NCBI GenBank assembly: GCA_964609895.1
Contig: CAZSTG010000003.1
Span: 7,574-71,573 of the forward strand
Length of the DNA: 64,000 nucleotides
Direction: 5' to 3'
DNA from: an uncultured Gammaproteobacteria bacterium
GTDB lineage: Bacteria > Patescibacteriota > Microgenomatia > UBA10105 > UBA927
Each line of letters opens with the position of its first letter. Positions within the stretch are counted from its first letter, which is position 1. The position numbers and the translations under genes were made by a program. Under the pieces are notes generated by a model. It worked only from the letters and a program-made list of their open reading frames with translations, was not told where the DNA came from and ran no database searches. Positions 58,263 through 64,000 of the stretch are shown one piece after another.

Positions 58263-59074
58263 AAGAAATAGACGTTGCCATCATTGGGGATATCGCATGG
58301 AATGAGGATATTACTCCAGCCGGCAGAAGCATCTCTCCCGGAGGTGCTGCATATTATTCATCTGTGGGGGCGGCGCAGTTTACCGAACGCGTTGGTGTGG
58401 TTGCTCGGGTCGGTCAGGATTTTGATTTATCTTATCTTACCGAAAAAGGTATCGATACGGAAGGAATACTCGTATCCGAAAAGGAAAAAACATGCAGATT
58501 TGTGCTAACACAGCACGCGGATAATTCCAGAAATTTTACAGCGGATCGGGGGGTTGCCGGCATTGTGGAGACGGGAATTTTTCCTGCCTCGTATGCATCT
58601 GCCAAATATATACACTTACCCACGCAATTACCGTCACATGCGTTAACGTGGATTGACAAGCTGACGGAACACCCGAATGTTTCAGTGGACAGTTTTGAGG
58701 CGTTTGTTAAGGAATTTCCCGAAATGACGAAAGAAATGTTTCGTAAAGCTGCTCTTATTTTTACGAATGAGGATGAATATCAGACACTGATGCAGTTAGG
58801 TCAGGAAGCCTTCTCTTCGCCCGTAATTCTGAAAAAAGGGAAGCACGGTGCTGTATATATACATAAACATGATACAATTGTTGTCCCTGCACACGCGGTT
58901 GATCCGGTTGATACAACGGGCGCAGGAGATGTTTTAGCGGGTGCATTTTTGGCACAGCGTGCACAGGGTCGTTCTATTGAAGCGTCGTTACAACACGCCG
59001 TTGATTTGGCGTCACAATCGGTGACAGCGTTTGGTGTCGAACATATGCGTACTATAAGGAGGGAACATGTCTAA
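58259..59074 (+). CDS. PfkB-family carbohydrate/nucleoside kinase (ribokinase-like)
   Basis: N-terminal GG dipeptide region and C-terminal DTTGAGD motif. Confidence 0.8.
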   Translation: MKEIDVAIIGDIAWNEDITPAGRSISPGGAAYYSSVGAAQFTERVGVVARVGQDFDLSYLTEKGIDTEGILVSEKEKTCRFVLTQHADNSRNFTADRGVAGIVETGIFPASYASAKYIHLPTQLPSHALTWIDKLTEHPNVSVDSFEAFVKEFPEMTKEMFRKAALIFTNEDEYQTLMQLGQEAFSSPVILKKGKHGAVYIHKHDTIVVPAHAVDPVDTTGAGDVLAGAFLAQRAQGRSIEASLQHAVDLASQSVTAFGVEHMRTIRREHV

Positions 59075-59582
59075 TATGAAAGAAAACGGAAACCGTTCGG
59101 TTATACACACAATGACGGAATTTACGAGAAGTGTGTTGCAGGAGAATCTGGCAGCGTTGGAGAAAAAATATGCGGCCGATCAAGCTGCCATGGGCGCCGC
59201 CGTAGAAAAAGGCGATGAATATCATGATAATTTTGCATATGAACAAGCAACAAGAGATAGGGATATGACTTATACACAGTTATTGCAGGCAAAAGAGAGG
59301 TTGCGGGATGTTCAGATCATCAAGCCAAGAAGCGAAACAGACACGATCGGTATCGGAAACGCAATGACCATACGTTTCGAGGGTGAATCTGAAGATGAAG
59401 GGTTTACATTATTGGGAACGGAGGACGGAAACATCAAAGACGGATGGCTCTCGAATACCTCTCCTCTGGGAAGTGCCTTGTTCGGCAAAAAGGTTGGAGA
59501 TGTTATTGAATTTGTAGCAGGGGAAGGGGCACAAATAAAACATAAAATTACCGTTAAGAGTATCCGTCCCGGTGTCTTTTAA
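59067..59582 (+). CDS. greA: transcription elongation factor GreA
   Basis: C-terminal FKBP-like SPLGSALFGKKVGDVIEF. N-terminal coiled-coil region. Confidence 0.8.
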   Translation: MSNMKENGNRSVIHTMTEFTRSVLQENLAALEKKYAADQAAMGAAVEKGDEYHDNFAYEQATRDRDMTYTQLLQAKERLRDVQIIKPRSETDTIGIGNAMTIRFEGESEDEGFTLLGTEDGNIKDGWLSNTSPLGSALFGKKVGDVIEFVAGEGAQIKHKITVKSIRPGVF

Positions 59583-60181
59583 TGGCTTTTTTCTGCACGT
59601 ATTATCTGTGTGAGTGCACGTGTTGCTGATTCCGCTGTCTGGTGAGTATTGTCAAATGGGGTAATGTTCCAATGTAGAGTTTCTGCCCACGTAAGATACT
59701 TCAATTCCATGGCGTCCTGATTTTTCAGGCTTTCGATATCATCCGATGTAATGACATTTCTTTTCATCATCCGTTCTTCACGGACTTTATTATCAACGTG
59801 TATCAGAAATGCCATGGATGGTTTGGTTATCATTCGTCCTATCCCTGTCCATATGTTCATCCAAAACGGAGAAGCCCCCATACTGTCATGTGCTACCAGT
59901 GTCGTTAAGAGGGATCGGTCCTGAAAAACATCCTTATCGGTATTTTTTAACACCGGCTGAATGATCATCTGATCAACCCATACATTACTGAATGCATAAT
60001 ATAAAAGGCGCACGTTTGAGTTTTTTGTTTCATTAAAGGGTTTTCTGAACGTTCGCATCCAGTCGGGAGGACAATGAGTCAGTAAACCATCGTATTCTTT
60101 CGCGAGGTTTTCTGCGAGTGTTGTTTTTCCGCTCGCATCAAGGCCTTCCAGATTATATAATCCTCCCCGTTCTGTATTCAT
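59579..60181 (-). CDS. P-loop deoxynucleoside/thymidylate kinase-like protein
   Basis: LEGLDASGKTT Walker A. Start set to internal ATG (Met 22); the ORF-track start at 60244 is a TTG codon. Confidence 0.55.
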   Translation of the reverse strand: MNTERGGLYNLEGLDASGKTTLAENLAKEYDGLLTHCPPDWMRTFRKPFNETKNSNVRLLYYAFSNVWVDQMIIQPVLKNTDKDVFQDRSLLTTLVAHDSMGASPFWMNIWTGIGRMITKPSMAFLIHVDNKVREERMMKRNVITSDDIESLKNQDAMELKYLTWAETLHWNITPFDNTHQTAESATRALTQIIRAEKSH

Positions 60182-60322
60182 GAGGAGAATAATATAAGCT
60201 ATTTTAAGATTATGCAAGGCTGAATTATTTGTTGTCAGATACAAGCATCTCGCAGATGTACGTCATACATGGTGTCGTCATGAAGTGTATGAGACGCCTC
60301 TTTACGGGAGCAGTATGATACC

Positions 60323-61771
60323 ATGATAAGTATGAAATCGTTGAAGAACTGGTTTGAAAAACATTCATTCCGTCTCTTTATTCTGTATTCTCTGCTTCTT
60401 GGCGTGCTTTACAGTACGCTCTCCATCGTTCGTCACAATCATTTTCAATCCGGTGCCTTTGATCTGGGACTGTATGATCAGGCGGTGTGGAAGTTCGGCC
60501 ACATGCTTGGTGCCTACAATACGGTAAAAGAACGCATTCTATTCGGTGATCATTTTGTTCTCACGCTTCCTGTATTCGGCATACTTTTTTATCTCTGGGA
60601 TAATGTACGAATTCTCTTAATTGTTCAGGCGTTTGCTATTGCGTCATCAGCAATCCCAATATTTTTGATTGCAAAAAAACGCTTGGCTTCTTCCATGGCT
60701 GCTTGTTGTGTAGGCATCATGTACAGCCTGTTTTACGGCATTCAGTATGGCGTATATTTTGATTTTCATCCGATTATCATCGGTGTTGCCGTTCTTTCTT
60801 GGCTTGCGTATTTTTGGGAATATGACAAAAGATTGTTGTTTTGGATAACGCTTGTTGTCGGACTGGCGACGCAGGAAAACATGGGGATAGCCATCGCAGG
60901 ACTGGCGGCGATATTTTTCTTTCGAAAAAAATATTGGAAAACCGCAATTATCGTCGGCATTCTTGGCATCGCATATAGTTTACTTTCCATAAAAATTTCC
61001 GCGCTGTTTTCTCCTGTGGGGTATCAATATCTGCCTCAATTGCCGACAAGTATCAGTCAGGCATTTGCCCAATTATTTGACAGTGAGGAAAAACGACAGG
61101 TGTGGTTGTATAGTTATTCTACGTTTTCCTTTCTCCCACTGTTATCTCTAGGCAGTGTGATTGCGGTGCTGGCGGATTTGTCCCAGTATTTTGTAACGGG
61201 TCCGGAATTTGCCAGAATGTGGAGTCCGTTTATGCATCATCGGGCGATTCTTGCTCCATTTCTCGTTCTTGGAACTATTGATGTATTGGCATTTCTCCGC
61301 AAACGGAAAATCCGTGTCGTCTATGTATCGGTTGTTCTTCTCGGTGTTTCGCTTATCCTGCAATACGTATTTCATTTTCCATTGAACAAACTGACCAAGT
61401 CCGCATACTGGAAAGAAGAACCGTGGATGCAGGATGCGCGGCAATTGCTTTCACTTGTTCCGAAAAACGCGTCTGTTGCTTCGCAGCAAAATTTAGTCCC
61501 ACATCTGTCGCACAGAAATGAAATATATCTCGTATGGCCGAGGCAGCATGACATTGAATCCATGCCATGCGGGCAAAAACTGTGTTGGTGGTTGGATTTT
61601 GGTGGACATCCCGAGTATCTGGTTGTTGATACGAGACCCGATCAATGGCTCACGCAGACGCTTGAATCAGATGAGAACTGGAATAGTGCTATAACGAACA
61701 TGGAAAAAGCCGGTGTGATTACACTGCAAACGGCAGTTGGAGGTGCGAGACTCTACAGAATCGTCAAATGA
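60323..61771 (+). CDS. DUF2079-family polytopic membrane protein
   Basis: SGAFDLGLYDQAVW and GDHF motifs near the N-terminus, as I recall for DUF2079. About 12 TM helices. Confidence 0.5.
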   Translation: MISMKSLKNWFEKHSFRLFILYSLLLGVLYSTLSIVRHNHFQSGAFDLGLYDQAVWKFGHMLGAYNTVKERILFGDHFVLTLPVFGILFYLWDNVRILLIVQAFAIASSAIPIFLIAKKRLASSMAACCVGIMYSLFYGIQYGVYFDFHPIIIGVAVLSWLAYFWEYDKRLLFWITLVVGLATQENMGIAIAGLAAIFFFRKKYWKTAIIVGILGIAYSLLSIKISALFSPVGYQYLPQLPTSISQAFAQLFDSEEKRQVWLYSYSTFSFLPLLSLGSVIAVLADLSQYFVTGPEFARMWSPFMHHRAILAPFLVLGTIDVLAFLRKRKIRVVYVSVVLLGVSLILQYVFHFPLNKLTKSAYWKEEPWMQDARQLLSLVPKNASVASQQNLVPHLSHRNEIYLVWPRQHDIESMPCGQKLCWWLDFGGHPEYLVVDTRPDQWLTQTLESDENWNSAITNMEKAGVITLQTAVGGARLYRIVK

Positions 61772-61778
61772 CCCGTTT

Positions 61779-61807
61779 TTGTCTGTTTTTCCACTATAGG
61801 GTATAAT
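61779..61807 (+). promoter_or_regulatory. sigma70-like promoter TTGTCT-N17-TATAAT
   Basis: Read directly from sequence. A 125-nt leader precedes the small ORF at 61940. Confidence 0.4.
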
Positions 61808-61939
61808 AGAGGCCTGCCATGTGTTTCAATTAAGTTCCTTACTGAAAGGTCAAACTTGAAAGAAACGCTCTTTACCATCATGGGCGTGTAACTGGAGCAT
61901 CTGCAGAGAGATGCATCATTCTATGACAAGGAGTCAGAC

Positions 61940-62173
61940 ATGTTGACAGGAATGCTGTGGACTGTTGATTCAGTTCCAACTCTCGCTGATATTCAACGCG
62001 GGATAGATTTTTACGAAAAAAAATACGGCATAAAACCAGACCTTTGCTACTACTCTCAGAATGAAGTAAATTTTCCGAAACTGCCGAAGACATTAACTCG
62101 GGAACTTGAGTGTGTCGCATCGGACAAAATCAATGTAGGCAGTATATGGTTTGGCAAAAAGAAAGGAAACTAA
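61940..62173 (+). CDS. small hypothetical protein (77 aa)
   Basis: SD AAGGAG 7 nt upstream of ATG. No recognisable motif. Confidence 0.35.
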   Translation: MLTGMLWTVDSVPTLADIQRGIDFYEKKYGIKPDLCYYSQNEVNFPKLPKTLTRELECVASDKINVGSIWFGKKKGN

Positions 62174-62286
62174 ATAACAATTACATACCATGATGAAACT
62201 AATACAACCGAGATTTTTCTCGTTCATCCTTTCGAGGATATTGTTGTATTAGTTTTCTGCAACTTGGCCGTATAAAAAATGTTATA

Positions 62287-62315
62287 TTGAGGACAGGTGT
62301 CTATTTTGCTATACT
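62287..62315 (+). promoter_or_regulatory. sigma70-like promoter TTGAGG-N17-TATACT for the ileS leader
   Basis: Read directly from sequence. Confidence 0.45.
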
Positions 62316-62321
62316 AAGAAA

Positions 62322-62499
62322 AGCAAAAAAGCGTCATCATCTGTCATCAGCAGAGAATCGCTTGAATAAAGAACGTCTGTGCAAAGACAAGTAGAATATT
62401 CCGGGTAAGCCCGAAACAGCTGTCATTAAGAAGCAATAAAGGTGGTACCACGAACATCCGTTCGTCCTTTGTGTAATAATAAAGGAGGACGGTTTTTTT
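62322..62499 (+). promoter_or_regulatory. T-box riboswitch leader of ileS (antiterminator with 7-nt UGGUACC bulge; AUC-A specifier candidates upstream)
   Basis: A1 AAAGG/CCUUU (62438-42 and 62466-70). Bulge TGGTACC 62443-49. A2 ACGAAC/GUUCGU (62450-55 and 62460-65) with loop AUCC. ATCA at about 62335-62348. Mutually exclusive terminator 62458-62499. Confidence 0.65.
62458..62499 (+). terminator. intrinsic terminator of the ileS leader; its 3' arm contains the ileS SD (AAAGGAGG)
   Basis: CCGTTC(g)TCCTTT / AAAGGAGGACGG, 12-bp stem with one bulge, loop GTGTAATAAT, then 7 T (62493-62499). Confidence 0.6.
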
Positions 62500-64000
62500 A
62501 TGGCAACACTACATATCGTATCAGGTGAAAAAACGAACATTCCCGCATGGGAGCATGATGTCCTCACGTTCTGGGATGAAACACATGCGTTTGAACAGTC
62601 CATCTCCTCTCGTCCTGCGGATAAACAATACGTATTCTACGACGGCCCTCCGTTTGCAACTGGCCTTCCGCATTACGGACATATACTTGCTTCCACCATC
62701 AAGGATGTGATTCCCCGCTATTTCACCATGAAGGGATACCGCGTAGATCGGGTCTGGGGATGGGATTGCCATGGCGTGCCAATTGAAAACATGATTGAAA
62801 AAGAACTCGGACTTACGGGTGGCAAAAAAGGCATTGAGGAGTTGGGTATCGGGAAATTCAACGACGCATGCCGCGATGCGATTCTGCGGTTTGACAAGGA
62901 ATGGGAAAAAGTGGTCAGGCGCATCGGTCGGTGGGTTGACTTCAAACATTCCTACAAAACCATGGACAAGACCTATATGGAATCCGTATGGTGGGCTTTC
63001 AAATCATTGTTTGATAAAGGGCTCGTGTATGAAGGGCGGAAAGTTATTTTGTATTGTCCGCGCTGCGCAACCCCGCTTTCCAATTTCGAAATCGCAATGG
63101 ACAACAGCTACAGGGATGTGGAAGAAGCGTCAACCACCTATAAATTCAAAGTCACAGGAGATACTGATACATATTTCCTTGCATGGTCGACAACACCGTG
63201 GACAAAACTTGTTACGACGGCACTTGCCGTGAATCCTGATTTGACATATGTGTTTGCAAAACAGGGCAATGAAACATATATATTGGCTGAGTCGCGACTC
63301 GCATCGCTTGATGAGAGGCCGTATGAAATCATAAAAAAGGTGAAAGGCTCGGATCTGCACGGCATGCATTATGAACCGCTGTATGATTTTTATCCGGAAC
63401 GGACAAAAGAGGAAACAGCGTTTATTGTTGTGGCGGATACATATGTCACGGCAACTGAGGGAACGGGAATCGTAACGCTTGCTGTGTATGGAGAAGATGA
63501 TTACCGCGTCATGAAAAATCATCATGTGCAGCTTGCGGAACATGTGGATACGGACGGCAAATTGAAAAAAGAAGTAACACCGTGGGCAGGGATGTACATC
63601 CTGAAGGCAAATCCGCTCATTGATGAGGATTTGAAAAAGCGCGGTCTGATATACAAGGAGGCGCGGATCACACACAGTATACCGACGTGCTACCGATGTG
63701 AAACCCGTTTGTATTATGCGCCCGTTCCCGCGTGGTTTATTGATATACAAAAAATAAAGCCGCAGCTGATGGAACAGAATCAACATATCAACTGGTATCC
63801 TTCGTATTTAAAAGAAGGACGGTTTGGAAAAGGGCTTGAACAGGCACCGGACTGGAATGTCTCACGGAGCAGATATTGGGGAACGCCGATGCCGATATGG
63901 GTACACACAGATGCTGACGGCAACGTGACACGACGAATCATCGGGTCTGTTGAGGAACTCAAAACATGGGCGGTTGATTCCGAATCAGTCAAAGACATCA
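62500..64000 (+). CDS. ileS: isoleucine--tRNA ligase (5' 500 codons; continues beyond the window)
   Basis: Not in the ORF track because there is no stop in the window. Translated here: MATLHIVSGEKTNIPAWEHDVLTFWDETHAF...YDGPPFATGLPHYGHIL (HIGH-class motif, IleRS-type)...WDCHGVPIE. The frame stays open to nt 64000. Confidence 0.85.
   Translation, partial: MATLHIVSGEKTNIPAWEHDVLTFWDETHAFEQSISSRPADKQYVFYDGPPFATGLPHYGHILASTIKDVIPRYFTMKGYRVDRVWGWDCHGVPIENMIEKELGLTGGKKGIEELGIGKFNDACRDAILRFDKEWEKVVRRIGRWVDFKHSYKTMDKTYMESVWWAFKSLFDKGLVYEGRKVILYCPRCATPLSNFEIAMDNSYRDVEEASTTYKFKVTGDTDTYFLAWSTTPWTKLVTTALAVNPDLTYVFAKQGNETYILAESRLASLDERPYEIIKKVKGSDLHGMHYEPLYDFYPERTKEETAFIVVADTYVTATEGTGIVTLAVYGEDDYRVMKNHHVQLAEHVDTDGKLKKEVTPWAGMYILKANPLIDEDLKKRGLIYKEARITHSIPTCYRCETRLYYAPVPAWFIDIQKIKPQLMEQNQHINWYPSYLKEGRFGKGLEQAPDWNVSRSRYWGTPMPIWVHTDADGNVTRRIIGSVEELKTWAVDSESVKDI

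Noticed and set aside
63130-63786. 218-aa minus-strand ORF inside ileS
   Set aside because: The plus-strand IleRS frame is open and motif-bearing.
1-64000. CRISPR arrays, rRNA genes, IS elements
   Set aside because: No regularly spaced direct repeats, no rRNA-like conserved stretches and no transposase-like ORFs seen on either strand.

Overview
This window is a contiguous 64-kb bacterial chromosomal segment with moderate GC, compact genes and many 4-nt ATGA start/stop overlaps. The gene content (DUF4012, DUF2079 and DUF5674-like proteins, several GT-C/GT39-like membrane glycosyltransferases, a short RecO, an alpha2-type GlyRS) suggests a small-genome Gram-positive-like or CPR-like lineage; that is inference, not proof. 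There are four blocks.

- (1) nt 1-21.3k is a large surface-glycan cluster. It holds a UDP-xylose synthase, GalE, an FdtB-like aminotransferase with a fused FdtD-like acetyltransferase/ketoisomerase on the opposite strand, GT4 and GT2 transferases, a WcaF-like acetyltransferase, a Wzy-like domain fused to a GT-C domain, a second GT-C protein, a sugar-1-P nucleotidyltransferase and a priming phosphoglycosyl transferase. A DUF4012 protein follows.
- (2) recO and glyS follow, with a glycine T-box-like leader ahead of glyS.
- (3) nt 26.2-50.7k is an unusually complete division/cell-wall operon running from mraZ through murE, murC, murB, murA, murF, mraY, murI, murD, ftsW, murG, ftsQ and ftsA to ftsZ. 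Embedded in it are pgeF, a GlmU-like gene, an alpha/beta hydrolase, a DegT-family aminotransferase, an MBL hydrolase, a FemAB-family transferase and dgkA.
- (4) A roughly 5.66-kb AT-richer integrase-bearing element is inserted exactly at the 3' end of ftsZ. It is flanked by 32-nt imperfect direct repeats that each encode the last 9 FtsZ codons. It carries a retropepsin-like aspartyl protease, zinc-ribbon proteins and a Cys-rich membrane protein.

Downstream of the element are nrdJ (class II RNR), a PfkB kinase, greA, a dNK/Tmk-like kinase, a DUF2079 membrane protein and the 5' part of ileS, which is preceded by a canonical T-box antiterminator/terminator leader. No rRNA, tRNA or CRISPR array was found.
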